Notes: a model not told the origin generated them from the sequence alone. Shown: positions 9,669 through 20,213, numbered from the whole stretch's first letter. The stretch is 63,894 bases of DNA, filler included, from Candidatus Nezhaarchaeota archaeon WYZ-LMO8 (GCA_004347965.1; 4 parts of 3 records of this genome joined end to end with filler, not necessarily neighbours in it), one strand, 5' to 3'. A program made the numbers and translations.

Positions 9669-10625
9669 CTAACCTACAAGTCTCCGATAGGGGTGACCCT
9701 CACCGACAGCAAGCCCTAGTTCTAGGCTTGCCATGTCCGTTATTAAGGTATCAGTCATTGCTACCACTGGGAAGACGTACTCTGCGTTCTCTATCGGTCC
9801 ATAGAGGACGAAGTTACCTCCCACAATTACTTGAAGAGCGTTGCTAGCTATGTCGCAGAATCTGAATATCTCTCTCCCACTTGGATGCTCTTTCCTTAAC
9901 TTCTTAAGCCAGGGCCACGCTGAAACGACATTGTGTATCCCACTACCTGTTGGATAGCCAAATTTCGATTTAATAACGTAAGTTGATGCCAAGGCAGCCC
10001 CAGCACCAGACCCTAATGCTGTCGCTGCAACATCGATAAGTATCGCCTTAATACCACAATCCTTAGCCATTTCAAGGAGACCTTTCTTAACGATACCTCC
10101 TCCTGTTGTCAGTACTGCAACCTTACCTTTTATTGAGGGGTCGGTCGGATTGAAAGCTAAGACTATACTATTGGGGACTTTAAGCTCCATTAAGACTTTA
10201 AGCTCCTCCTCCGTTATCGAGGCATTTATTGAGTTGTAGATAGCTCGATCAATAAGCCCGACTTCCTCAGCGTACTTAGCGCCTTCAGCTCTAACCTTAG
10301 GCTCTGTAGAGTCTATCAGAAATGGTGAGTCGGTCACAGACGCGACAAAGTCTATGTACCTCTTCATAGCATCAACACTCTCTGAGAACACTTGAACCAT
10401 GGATGGATTACCAGTTATATCCGAGAGCTCTTCTTGCTTCTTTATCAGCGTCTCAGCTTTCTCTCTATCGAAAACGCCAGTTTTAGGGTCGCTTACTATT
10501 TTATGTCCTCCATAGAATATAGTTCCTGCAAGAACTGTAGGATTTTCACCTGGTTGTCCTCCAATCTTTATCTTCCCTACTTGGTAGACATACTGCTCTC
10601 TCGCAAATTTGAACATAATCTCCAC
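9669..10625 (-). CDS. mtrH: H4MPT S-methyltransferase subunit H
   Basis: MFKFAREQ, IGGQPGENPTVLAGTIFY, IYNSIN, GYPTGSGIHN, LYGPIENA. Confidence 0.95.
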   Translation of the reverse strand: MEIMFKFAREQYVYQVGKIKIGGQPGENPTVLAGTIFYGGHKIVSDPKTGVFDREKAETLIKKQEELSDITGNPSMVQVFSESVDAMKRYIDFVASVTDSPFLIDSTEPKVRAEGAKYAEEVGLIDRAIYNSINASITEEELKVLMELKVPNSIVLAFNPTDPSIKGKVAVLTTGGGIVKKGLLEMAKDCGIKAILIDVAATALGSGAGAALASTYVIKSKFGYPTGSGIHNVVSAWPWLKKLRKEHPSGREIFRFCDIASNALQVIVGGNFVLYGPIENAEYVFPVVAMTDTLITDMASLELGLAVGEGHPYRRLVG

Positions 10626-10780
10626 ACCTTCGTCCCGAATTTGACCCCACTCTTAGAGCTTTATTTAGCTCTTTAAGCTTTACGTTAGCACATAAACGTC
10701 TATGCTTAAAAGTGAGTTGCTAAGGTAAGCGAAGCTAACATTTAAGGGGACCATTACGTAAAGAAGCATTGGGGCTGGGG

Positions 10781-11947
10781 ATGTTCGAACTACCTGAGGA
10801 ATTGAGGTTACTTAAGAGAGCTGTTAGAGAGTGGTCTTTAAAAAAGTTCGATCCCAATCTTGCCATCGAGTTGGATAGAAGAGAAGAATTTCCATTCGAA
10901 CTGTGGAGAGAGGCGAATAAGCTTGGCTTCCTCAATGTAAGGTTTCCGATAAAATATGGTGGTCAAGAGATGGGTTTGCTTGCAGATGCCATCGTCACTG
11001 AGGAGCTATGTAGAGTCGACTCAACTCTAGGAACTGCCATCGTGCTCGGGAACTTTAGCAGCGACTGTATTCTCTTATTTGGAACTGAAGAGCAGAAGGA
11101 GAAGTATCTTTCAAAGGTTACAAGCGGTGAGTGGATAAGTGGTGGAGCCTATACTGAGCCAGCTCACGGTAGTGACATAACTTCACTGGACACCAAAGCC
11201 GTTAAGGAGGGAAGCTACTGGATTATTAATGGGAGCAAGACCTTCATAACGAATGCCCCAATCGCTACCTTCTTTGTCGTGCTTTGTCAAACCGACCCCG
11301 AGTCCAAGCATAGAGGTCAGACAATGTTCATTGTTGAGAGGGAAGATCCAGGCGTAGAGACTACGGTAATGCATGGAAAGCTCGGTATAAGGTGTTCTCT
11401 AACTGGAGAAGTATCGTTCTCTGACTGCAAGATCTCTGAAGACAGGTTACTCGGCAAACTGAACCGAGGATTCTACCAATTCATGGAGTTTCTTGATAAA
11501 AGCAGAATTCAGATAGCAGCACAAGCTGTAGGTATTGCTCAGGGAGCTTTTGATGTTGCATGGAAGTACGCCAATGAGAGAACGGCCTTCGGACAAAAGC
11601 TCATAGATTTTCAGGCAATAAGCCATAAGTTGGCTGAAATGGCTATTAAGATCGATGCGGCGAGGTTATTGACCTATCGAGCTGCTTGGTATTATGATCG
11701 TGGCGTAGTTGATCCATCTCTGTCGAGCATGGCAAAAGCTTACGCAGCTCGTGTTGCGGTGGAAGCCACGGACTACGCAATCCAAATTCTTGGTGGGTAT
11801 GGTTATTTCGCTGAGTACAAGGTTGAGCGCTACCATAGAGATGCTAAGATAACAGACATATACGAGGGAACGACAGAGATCAACATGAACGTATTGATTA
11901 ACTTTCTTCCAAAGTCAAGTGTGCTCAGAACATTTATGTTATCGTAG
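10781..11947 (+). CDS. Acyl-CoA dehydrogenase
   Basis: TEPAHGSD, NGSKTFITN, R.AFGQ.L..FQAI, GGYGY, IYEGT. Confidence 0.95.
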   Translation: MFELPEELRLLKRAVREWSLKKFDPNLAIELDRREEFPFELWREANKLGFLNVRFPIKYGGQEMGLLADAIVTEELCRVDSTLGTAIVLGNFSSDCILLFGTEEQKEKYLSKVTSGEWISGGAYTEPAHGSDITSLDTKAVKEGSYWIINGSKTFITNAPIATFFVVLCQTDPESKHRGQTMFIVEREDPGVETTVMHGKLGIRCSLTGEVSFSDCKISEDRLLGKLNRGFYQFMEFLDKSRIQIAAQAVGIAQGAFDVAWKYANERTAFGQKLIDFQAISHKLAEMAIKIDAARLLTYRAAWYYDRGVVDPSLSSMAKAYAARVAVEATDYAIQILGGYGYFAEYKVERYHRDAKITDIYEGTTEINMNVLINFLPKSSVLRTFMLS

Positions 11948-12105
11948 AATAGCATTACTAGCTTGATGGTGTTAAATTTCTTCTAACCTTCTTCATAATT
12001 AGAATTGTTCGTCAAACGAGAGACTCTAACCAATCTTAGAATTCATAACCCCGACAGTCTTATATATCTCTGAAGTAGAAGAGAGTCAAGGGTTCTTACA
12101 CCACT

Positions 12106-13239
12106 ATGGCAAGTAAACTTAATGCTGCCTTAGTTCTGGAAGACGGCTCAATCTTTCTAGGAAATGGCTTCGGCTTCCCAAAGACTGTTGTTGGAGAGGT
12201 TGTTTTCACTACCGGCATGGTGGGCTATCCTGAGTCGATAACGGATCCGTCATATCAAGGCCAGATATTGTGCTTCACGTACCCGCTAATCGGCAACTAC
12301 GGTGTTCCAAGCTTTGATATAAAGGATAAGTGGGGAATTCCACTGCACTTCGAGTCTAATAGACCTCATGTGTTGGGAGTCATAGTTCACGAGCTTTGCG
12401 ATAAGCCAAGCCACTGGTCAAGCACCCAAAGCCTTCATGAATGGCTCTTCAAAGAAGGTGTACCAGGAATAACTGGAATAGATACTAGAAAGTTAACTAA
12501 GAAGTTGAGAATTAAGGGGGTGATGATGGGAGCTCTTGAGGTGAGCGAGGGAGACATCGATGTTGATAGGCTCTTCTCATTGCTCGAGAAAGCACCTAAG
12601 TACGATAATCTCGATCTTGTCGCTGAGGTTACCATAAAAGAGCCGATAATCTATGAGAACGATGGACCAACAATCGTAGTAGTAGACTGTGGTGTGAAGT
12701 ATGGGATAATAAGAAGCTTACTGCATAGAGGATTGAGGGTAATAAGAGTACCAAGAGATTGGGGTGCTGACAAGATACTAGAGCTTGAACCAGGAGGCAT
12801 ACTCATAAGTAATGGACCTGGAAACCCAGAGATGAATGTCAAGACCATAAAGTCCGTCAGAGATCTTGTAGAGTTTGGCATACCAATATTGGGTATATGT
12901 CTCGGCAACCAGATCATAGCACTAGCGCTAGGAGCCTCAACCTTCAAGTTGAAGTTTGGCCATAGAGGACAGAATAAGCCGTGTATAGATTTAGAATCGG
13001 GGATGTGTTATGTCACAAGCCAGAACCATGGCTTCGCCGTGGATGAGACATCTCTAAAGGGCTCAGGGCTTTCAACGTGGTTTTTAAACGCTGACGACAT
13101 GACCGTCGAAGGGATAAAGCATGCTAGAAAGCCAATAATAGCAGTTCAGTTTCACCCAGAAGCATCGCCTGGACCCTATGATACGGAATACGTCTTTGAC
13201 CTCTTTGCCAACATGATTGGGGTGGGCAATAGTGGCTAG
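12106..13239 (+). CDS. carA: Carbamoyl-phosphate synthase small subunit
   Basis: GEVVFTTGMVGY, SNGPGNP, GICLGNQ, QFHPEA. Confidence 0.97.
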   Translation: MASKLNAALVLEDGSIFLGNGFGFPKTVVGEVVFTTGMVGYPESITDPSYQGQILCFTYPLIGNYGVPSFDIKDKWGIPLHFESNRPHVLGVIVHELCDKPSHWSSTQSLHEWLFKEGVPGITGIDTRKLTKKLRIKGVMMGALEVSEGDIDVDRLFSLLEKAPKYDNLDLVAEVTIKEPIIYENDGPTIVVVDCGVKYGIIRSLLHRGLRVIRVPRDWGADKILELEPGGILISNGPGNPEMNVKTIKSVRDLVEFGIPILGICLGNQIIALALGASTFKLKFGHRGQNKPCIDLESGMCYVTSQNHGFAVDETSLKGSGLSTWFLNADDMTVEGIKHARKPIIAVQFHPEASPGPYDTEYVFDLFANMIGVGNSG

Positions 13240-16200
13240 AGAGACTCCAAAGAAGGTTTTGATACTGGGCTCAGGCGCAATAAAGATAGGTGAAGCAGGA
13301 GAGTTCGATTACAGTGGTTCACAAGCCCTCAAAGCTGTTAGAGAAGAGGGCATAGAGACAGTTCTCGTAAACCCAAACATAGCCACAATACAGACAGATC
13401 CAAAACTTGCAGGCAAAGTCTACCTCGTACCAGTTCTACCGGAGTTCGTAGCTGAAGTTATAGAGAAAGAAAGACCCGACGGTATAATGCTTGGCTTCGG
13501 TGGTCAAACAGCTCTCAACTGTGGAGTACAGCTACACGACATGGGCATACTGGACAAGTATGGAGTCAAGGTCTTGGGTACATCGGTTGAAAGCATAAAG
13601 AAATGCTCTGATAGGCTTCTCTTCAAACAGACTATAGAGTCCGCTGGCTTACCAATGCCTCGAAGTAAAGCAGCCTACAGCATAGAGGAGGCATTGGAGG
13701 TTGCTAAGGAAATAGGGTATCCAGTAATGGTTAGAGTCGCATACACTCTAGGTGGCAAGGCATCAGGCGTAGCTAGAAATGAAGGTGAGTTGAAGGAAAT
13801 AGTAAGGAGGGGCTTGGCGCATAGCCTAATAAGCCAAGTCTTAATTGAAGAGTGCATATCAACCTGGAAGCAGATAGAGTACGAAGTCATGAGGGATTAC
13901 CAGGGAAGCAGTGTGACCGTCTGCAACATGGAGAACATACTGGGCATGAGAGTCCACACGGGCGACAACATAGTAGTAGCTCCTTCACAAACCATAACTA
14001 ATAGGGAATATCACATCTTAAGATCGGCCTCGATAAGGGCAGCCGATGCCCTTAAGATAATTGGTGAATGCAATGTTCAATTAGCCTTGGATCCAGACTC
14101 TGAGAGATTCTACATAATAGAGATGAACCCCAGATTGTCTAGGAGCTCAGCGCTAGCGTCAAAGGCAACTGGTTACCCATTAGCGTACATGGCTGCTAAG
14201 CTGGCTTTAGGATACAAACTTCATGAATTAATAAACAAGGTGACAGGAAGGACAACAGCATGTTTTGAGCCGGCTTTAGACTATGTAGTGCTGAAGTTCC
14301 CCAGATGGGACTTTGAGAAGTTTGAGGGTGTTGATAGAAGGCTTGGCACTCAAATGAAGTCTGTAGGAGAGGTAATGGCGATAGGAAGATGCTTTGAAGA
14401 AGCACTTCAGAAAGCAATAAGAATGTTAGATAAGGGCAAACATGGTCTTGTTGCAAGCGACATAAGTGATAGGAAGGTTCTGGAGACTAGATTGAGAGAA
14501 ATTACTGACAATGTGTTATTCGACGTAGCTGCGGCTCTAAAGGCTGGCTTCACAGTCGAGGAGATATCGAGGTTAACATTCATAGATCCATGGTTCATTG
14601 AGAAGATAAGGAACATAGTGGTAATGGAGGAGAGACTTAAATTGCTTAGAGGTAAGTCTCTTGATGACTATGTGGATGTGATAAGGGAGGCCAAGAGATT
14701 AGGCTTCTCTGACAAGCAAATAGCCATGTGCCTCAATGTAACAGAAGATGAAGTAAGGGACTTTCGATACAGAAAGGGAATAATTCCTGTTGTAAAGCAA
14801 ATAGACACACTTGCAGCTGAGTGGCCAGCTCAAACAAACTACTTGTACGTAACCTATGGTGGCAACGAAGACGATATAGAGTTTAAGAAGAACATAAAGA
14901 AAGTGATAGTACTTGGAGCTGGAACCTATAGGATTGGCAGCTCTGTTGAGTTTGATTGGTGCACTATGAATATGGTGTGGGCTTTGAAGGATAGAGGGGT
15001 TGATGAGGTTGCGGTCATAAACTGTAATCCTGAAACCGTTTCAACGGATTACGATATGAGCGACAAGCTGTACTTTGAGGAGCTTACACTAGAAAGGGTC
15101 TTCGATATATGCTATAAGGAGAAGCCGCTTGGCGTAGTTGCATGTGTTGGAGGGCAAACACCAAATAACCTAGCACCCAAACTTGAAAGGCTTGGCATTA
15201 AGATACTAGGTACTGCTGGTGAGGATGTCGATAAAGCTGAGGATAGAGCGAAGTTCAGCAGGCTTCTAGATGATTTGGGCATACCTCAACCTCCATGGGC
15301 CAAGTTCTCCTCAATAGAGGAAGCTGAGAAGTTTGCACGAAAAGTCGGCTATCCAGTTCTTGTCAGGCCATCATATGTACTAAGCGGGGCTGCTATGAGA
15401 GTTGCATGGACGTCAAAGCAGCTTAGAGACTTCCTCCTTAAAGCTACTAGCGTAAGCCCTGAACATCCAGTGGTCATAAGCAAGTTCATGGAAGATGCTC
15501 TAGAGGTAGAAGTCGATGCCGTGTCCGATGGAGAGACTACGATAATTGGGGCAGTGATAGAGCACATCGAGCGTGCAGGTGTACATTCTGGTGACGCCAT
15601 AATGGTGATACCTCCTCAACGGATAAGCCCTCAAATAGTCAAGACGATAAAGGATTATACTAAGCGAATAGCTAAGGCTCTAAGGATCAAGGGCCCGTTC
15701 AATATACAGTTCCTCGTTAAGGATGGAACTGTCTATGTTATAGAGTGCAACTTAAGGGCTTCGAGATCCATGCCATTTGTATCCAAGGTCAAAGCAGTTA
15801 ACTTGATGAAGCTTGCTTCCTATCCACTACTAGATGAAAAGATACCGTGGAGTGGAGGCGAGGAACCTCCACCAATAGCTGTAGGCGTTAAAGTACCACA
15901 GTTTTCGTTTATGCAGCTTGAGGGCGCAGACCCTGTGCTAGGAGTTGAGATGCAATCAACAGGTGAGGTAGCTTGCTTAGGAGAGTCATTTACCGACGCT
16001 CTTTACAAGGCATTACTTGCAGCTGGCTTTAAGATACCCGCTTACGGAGGCGGTATTCTAATAACCGTCGGAGGTGTAGAGTTAAAGAAGAAGATACTTC
16101 CCTTGGCCAAGAGTTTTAAAATGCTTGGTTTCAACATCCTCGCTACTGAGCATACAGCTGAGTTCTTAATAGAGGAGGGCTTCAATGATGTGAAGGTGCT

Positions 16201-16492
16201 GTACAAGGTTAGTGAGCCAACGAGGAAGCCTAACATAATGGATGTCATCCTCAACCGAGGAGTGGACCTGATAATAAATATACCAGCCTCAATAACCCTC
16301 GACAAGTACGCTGAAATGTTGAAAGACGAGTACGTCATAAGGAGGAAGGCAGTTGAGTTAGGAATACCTGTCGTAACCACCTTAGAGATGGCTTACGCTC
16401 TTATGAAGGTAGTATCTTGGTGCATGCTAAATAAACCAACAGTTCATTCACTAAATGACTACATGGAGAAAGCGGTTGTTAGAGTATGGTAA
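13232..16492 (+). CDS. carB: Carbamoyl-phosphate synthase large subunit
   Basis: GSGAIKIGEAGEFDYSG, two ATP-grasp halves, MGS domain; GTG start overlapping carA. Confidence 0.97.
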   Translation: MARETPKKVLILGSGAIKIGEAGEFDYSGSQALKAVREEGIETVLVNPNIATIQTDPKLAGKVYLVPVLPEFVAEVIEKERPDGIMLGFGGQTALNCGVQLHDMGILDKYGVKVLGTSVESIKKCSDRLLFKQTIESAGLPMPRSKAAYSIEEALEVAKEIGYPVMVRVAYTLGGKASGVARNEGELKEIVRRGLAHSLISQVLIEECISTWKQIEYEVMRDYQGSSVTVCNMENILGMRVHTGDNIVVAPSQTITNREYHILRSASIRAADALKIIGECNVQLALDPDSERFYIIEMNPRLSRSSALASKATGYPLAYMAAKLALGYKLHELINKVTGRTTACFEPALDYVVLKFPRWDFEKFEGVDRRLGTQMKSVGEVMAIGRCFEEALQKAIRMLDKGKHGLVASDISDRKVLETRLREITDNVLFDVAAALKAGFTVEEISRLTFIDPWFIEKIRNIVVMEERLKLLRGKSLDDYVDVIREAKRLGFSDKQIAMCLNVTEDEVRDFRYRKGIIPVVKQIDTLAAEWPAQTNYLYVTYGGNEDDIEFKKNIKKVIVLGAGTYRIGSSVEFDWCTMNMVWALKDRGVDEVAVINCNPETVSTDYDMSDKLYFEELTLERVFDICYKEKPLGVVACVGGQTPNNLAPKLERLGIKILGTAGEDVDKAEDRAKFSRLLDDLGIPQPPWAKFSSIEEAEKFARKVGYPVLVRPSYVLSGAAMRVAWTSKQLRDFLLKATSVSPEHPVVISKFMEDALEVEVDAVSDGETTIIGAVIEHIERAGVHSGDAIMVIPPQRISPQIVKTIKDYTKRIAKALRIKGPFNIQFLVKDGTVYVIECNLRASRSMPFVSKVKAVNLMKLASYPLLDEKIPWSGGEEPPPIAVGVKVPQFSFMQLEGADPVLGVEMQSTGEVACLGESFTDALYKALLAAGFKIPAYGGGILITVGGVELKKKILPLAKSFKMLGFNILATEHTAEFLIEEGFNDVKVLYKVSEPTRKPNIMDVILNRGVDLIINIPASITLDKYAEMLKDEYVIRRKAVELGIPVVTTLEMAYALMKVVSWCMLNKPTVHSLNDYMEKAVVRVW

Positions 16493-16561
16493 AAGTTTCT
16501 CAAAAGCTCTTTTTTTATCTCGCCCTTCTATCTCATAAACTGAGTATGGGAGAAGGTCTTC

Positions 16562-17869
16562 ATGAAGTTCCATCTTCAATGCATAGAATGCAAGGCTGAG
16601 TACTCGCCCTCGCAGATCATTTATACGTGTCCAAAATGTGGAGACCTCCTAGACGTAGTTTATGAGTACTCTGAATTGATGAACATGAACTTGATAGAGA
16701 TATGGTCAAGAAGAATGTTCAATGTCTGGCGCTACCGTGAGCTTCTTCCAGTACTTTCAGGGACTCCAGTCACTCTTTATGAGGGAGGAACTGGGCTTCA
16801 TCTATGTAGTAGGCTCGGAGAACTACTTAATTGCTCAAACATCTACGTAAAGAATGAGGGTGAAAACCCGACAGGGTCTTTCAAAGATAGGGGGATGACT
16901 GTAGGGGTAACAAGGGCTAAAGAGCTGGGTTCGAAAGTCGTTATCTGTGCTTCAACAGGAAACACCTCTGCCTCACTTGCAGCCTATGCAGCTAAGGCAG
17001 GACTTCACTGTATAGTCTTGGTACCAACGGGCAAAATAGCTTTAGGGAAACTTGTTCAAGCCATAGCTTACGGAGCTCATGTAATTCAAGTAAAGGGAAA
17101 CTTTGACTACGCTCTTAGAGTTGTCAGAAAATTATCTTCAATATATCCTCTATACCTTCTCAATTCAATAAATCCTTATAGGCTTGAAGGACAGAGAACT
17201 CTTGCTTATGAAGTGTACGAACAACTAGGATATAAAGTCCCTGATGTAGTCATAGTTCCTGTAGGAAATGCTGGTAACATAAGCGCCATATGGAAGGGCT
17301 TTAAAGAACTAAAGCAGCTAAGCTTAGCTGATAGTGTTCCAAGAATGATAGGCGTGCAAGCGGAAGGGGCAGCACCATTAGCTAAGACGCTACGTGAGAA
17401 CAGTAGTGAGCTAATAAGAGTGCCCAATCCAGAGACCATTGCAACTGCTATAAGGATAGGTGCTCCAGTTAACTGGAAGAAAGCTTTGAGAGCTGTTAAA
17501 GAATCTAGGGGTACGATAATTACGGTATCTGACCGCGAAATTTTAAAAGCACAAAGACTCTTAGCATCAACTGAAGGACTATTTGTGGAACCAGCTAGTG
17601 CTGCATCCATAGCTGGTTTAGCACAAACAATGGATCAAGGCCTTATAGATAAAGGGGAGATTGTGGTGTGCGTAGCCACTGGGCATGGATTAAAGGATTC
17701 AGAGGTTATCTTGAAGAGCAATGTTAACCTCGTAGAACTTGAGAGTGCAGACGAAATCGATAACTTCGTTAAGACGTTACTAAACAAACACTACTTCTCA
17801 AATACCTCAACTCCCTCAACTCTTGGTTTACAAACAGCTATGAGACACTCAACTCCCTCTTCCTCGTAA
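16562..17869 (+). CDS. thrC: Threonine synthase
   Basis: NPTGSFKDRG, ASTGNTSAS, PVGNAGN, EPASA. Confidence 0.95.
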   Translation: MKFHLQCIECKAEYSPSQIIYTCPKCGDLLDVVYEYSELMNMNLIEIWSRRMFNVWRYRELLPVLSGTPVTLYEGGTGLHLCSRLGELLNCSNIYVKNEGENPTGSFKDRGMTVGVTRAKELGSKVVICASTGNTSASLAAYAAKAGLHCIVLVPTGKIALGKLVQAIAYGAHVIQVKGNFDYALRVVRKLSSIYPLYLLNSINPYRLEGQRTLAYEVYEQLGYKVPDVVIVPVGNAGNISAIWKGFKELKQLSLADSVPRMIGVQAEGAAPLAKTLRENSSELIRVPNPETIATAIRIGAPVNWKKALRAVKESRGTIITVSDREILKAQRLLASTEGLFVEPASAASIAGLAQTMDQGLIDKGEIVVCVATGHGLKDSEVILKSNVNLVELESADEIDNFVKTLLNKHYFSNTSTPSTLGLQTAMRHSTPSSS

Positions 17870-18726
17870 GCCTTCTTCATAGCCTCTGCCACACCCCACG
17901 AGTTACCTTGCCTAGCATCTGTAGCAGCTATGATCGTTGGTCCAGCACCACTCAATGTAGCTCCCAAAGCTCCAGCCTTAATTGCAGCCTCCTTAGCTTT
18001 AAGGAATCCTGGATAGAGCTTAGCTCTCGCTACTTCAACTATGGCGTCTGAGCTCATCGCTTTGCCTATGAGCTTTAAGTCCCCCCTAACTATACCGGTA
18101 AGCAACATAGAGTAAGAGGCCATGGCCTCTACGTGCTCTCGAAGACCTATGTTCTTGGGGAGCACTGCTCGTGCTCTTTCAGTAGTTTTCTTCAAGTTTT
18201 TAGGGATTGCTAAGGCGAATTCTAGGTGTTCTGGCGGCATGAACTTTTCGACTACTAAAGGACTGTAACTCAAAATCGCTACAAACCCTCCAAGAATAGA
18301 AGGTGCTACGTTATCTGCGTGAGCTACGCCTGAAGATGCTATTTCACCTTGGGATGCTATCTCAATGAGCTCTGATGTACTTAAGGATAGTCCTAAAGCT
18401 CTAGCAACTGCAACAGCTGTTGCAGAGGCACTAGCCGCGCTACTACCTAAACCAACTCCTTGAGGAACCCCCTTCTTAATTCTGATCTTTAAGTGAGTCT
18501 TTACACGGCCCCTTCTTAATACTTCTCTTGCAACTAAGCCTGCACTATTCTTCTCAGGGTCTTTGGGTATTTGAGTTGTCTCTATACCTTCCAGTTCTAT
18601 CTCCACACCCTCTCCATCCATTACTTCTACTTCCACCTCGTCATATGCTAAATCCAGCGCCACACCAATGACGTCAAATCCAGGACCTAAGTTGGCCGAC
18701 GTAGCTGGAGCCTTGGCAACTATCAT
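17791..18726 (-). CDS. thrB: Homoserine kinase
   Basis: PATSANLGPGFD, PQGVGLGSSAAS, HADNVAP, SGAGPT. Confidence 0.95.
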   Translation of the reverse strand: MIVAKAPATSANLGPGFDVIGVALDLAYDEVEVEVMDGEGVEIELEGIETTQIPKDPEKNSAGLVAREVLRRGRVKTHLKIRIKKGVPQGVGLGSSAASASATAVAVARALGLSLSTSELIEIASQGEIASSGVAHADNVAPSILGGFVAILSYSPLVVEKFMPPEHLEFALAIPKNLKKTTERARAVLPKNIGLREHVEAMASYSMLLTGIVRGDLKLIGKAMSSDAIVEVARAKLYPGFLKAKEAAIKAGALGATLSGAGPTIIAATDARQGNSWGVAEAMKKAYEEEGVECLIAVCKPRVEGVEVFEK

Positions 18727-18728
18727 TT

Positions 18729-18893
18729 CTAAACACTCCTTAAGACCTTATTCATAACACTTTTTGGAACTCCAAAGACCTCCTTAGATATCAGCGATAT
18801 AAGCTCATCGGGAGGTGCTCCACGCTCTACGTCGCTTCTTAAGCATAGAGCTAGTTTCAAAGCCTCTTTCTCACTTCTACTTCTCACTTCTTT
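18729..18893 (-). CDS. 3' end of an unidentified CDS cut by the contig end
   Basis: Open frame KEVRSRSEKEALKLALCLRSDVERGAPPDELISLISKEVFGVPKSVMNKVLRSV* ending 2 nt before thrB. Confidence 0.6.
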   Translation of the reverse strand, partial: KEVRSRSEKEALKLALCLRSDVERGAPPDELISLISKEVFGVPKSVMNKVLRSV

Positions 18894-18894
18894 T

Positions 18895-18994
18895 NNNNNN
18901 NNNNNNNNNNNNNNNNNNNNNNNNNNNNNNNNNNNNNNTTAATTAATTAANNNNNNNNNNNNNNNNNNNNNNNNNNNNNNNNNNNNNNNNNNNN
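18895..18994. other. Artificial contig linker
   Basis: N-run + TTAATTAATTAA (stops in all six frames) + N-run. Confidence 0.99.
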
Positions 18995-19108
18995 CAGCTG
19001 AGTTTCTAGAGGTGAGCTTTTATAACTTATTCTGAAGTTAACATCAGAATAGTACATATTTAAGTATACAGATAACTGCTAAGACGTTTAAACGATGAGG
19101 GATACCAG

Positions 19109-20167
19109 TTGAAGGTTATAACTTGGGATGAAAAACACGGCAAAATGCTACTAGAGGTTGATGGGCACAACGACCTTTGGTGCCTATATAACATATTAAA
19201 TCCTGGAGATCTAGTTACCGCCAAGACTTTGAGAGAGGTAAAGGTCGGCTCTAAGAGTACTCGAAAGCCCATGACCCTAAAGATCAGGGTTGAAAAGGTC
19301 GAGTTCCAGCCATTTACTGAGAAGCTTAGGATAAGAGGTGTGGTCATTGAAGGTCCTGATGAGTTTGGAGTCATAGGCTCACATCACACAATAACCATTA
19401 GCGAAGGCACGGTACTTCTAATAGAGAAGGAGAGATGGTTGAAGCACGAGGTAGACAGAGTATTTAAAGCTGCGTCTAGGAAGTATTTAGCTACCTTGCT
19501 CATAGGGATAGACTCTGATGAAGCTGCCTTCGTAGTACCTCACGATTATGGTCTCGAGTTAGTAGCCGAAGTACCGCTGAACCTACCTGGAAAACACGAA
19601 GCCTCTAAGAGAGACGAAGTCCTCAAGAGTAAGATTCGTGAGCTTGTAGACAAGACGAAAGAACTTGTTGAAAGGCTCAAGATGAAGGTCGTCATAATTG
19701 TTGGTCCAGGCATCATAAAAGAGGAACTAGCAAAAGAGCTTACATTAAACATAAACACTAAGTTTTACTTGGATTCCGTCTCATCAGGAGGCTATCAAGG
19801 GGTTAAGGAGGCTATCAGAAAGGGAGTACTGAGGAGGGTGTTAAGGGACCTCGGAGTAATTGAGGAGATAGAGCTTATGAATGAGCTTCTCTCGCATGTA
19901 TCCAAGGGCGACAATAAGGCTATCTACGGACTTGAATATGTGAGGAAAGCAGCTGAGTACGGAGCGATTGAGAAGCTCTTAGTGCTTGACGAGCTAGTAA
20001 GATCACCAGATTTGGACCTTAGAAGAAGAATTGAAGAGGTAATTAGGATAGCCGAAGAGGGTGGAGCACAAGTAAGGATCTTCAGTAGTCTGGAAGAACC
20101 AGGCCAACAGCTAAAGTCCATTGGTGGGATAGCCGCTATACTACGATTTAGCTTAAGCTTAGAATAG
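19109..20167 (+). CDS. pelA: Pelota (Dom34) ribosome rescue factor
   Basis: DLWCLYNIL.PGD.V, VEFQPFTEKLRIRG, GSHHTI, QLKSIGGIAAILRF. Confidence 0.95.
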   Translation: MKVITWDEKHGKMLLEVDGHNDLWCLYNILNPGDLVTAKTLREVKVGSKSTRKPMTLKIRVEKVEFQPFTEKLRIRGVVIEGPDEFGVIGSHHTITISEGTVLLIEKERWLKHEVDRVFKAASRKYLATLLIGIDSDEAAFVVPHDYGLELVAEVPLNLPGKHEASKRDEVLKSKIRELVDKTKELVERLKMKVVIIVGPGIIKEELAKELTLNINTKFYLDSVSSGGYQGVKEAIRKGVLRRVLRDLGVIEEIELMNELLSHVSKGDNKAIYGLEYVRKAAEYGAIEKLLVLDELVRSPDLDLRRRIEEVIRIAEEGGAQVRIFSSLEEPGQQLKSIGGIAAILRFSLSLE

Positions 20168-20213
20168 TAAGACGTAAATCTAGTAGTATGCTAACGCAAC
20201 AGTAGAGCACTCT

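Noticed and set aside
17791..17869. 79-bp convergent overlap of thrC and thrB (similar overlaps at MarC/DUF362 and pilin/AK6)
   Set aside because: Tail-to-tail overlaps are common in compact archaeal genomes, and the thrC tail looks like stop drift
18895..18994. Repeated TTAATTAATTAA palindrome in N-runs (also 31257 and 58040)
   Set aside because: Synthetic contig spacer, not biological
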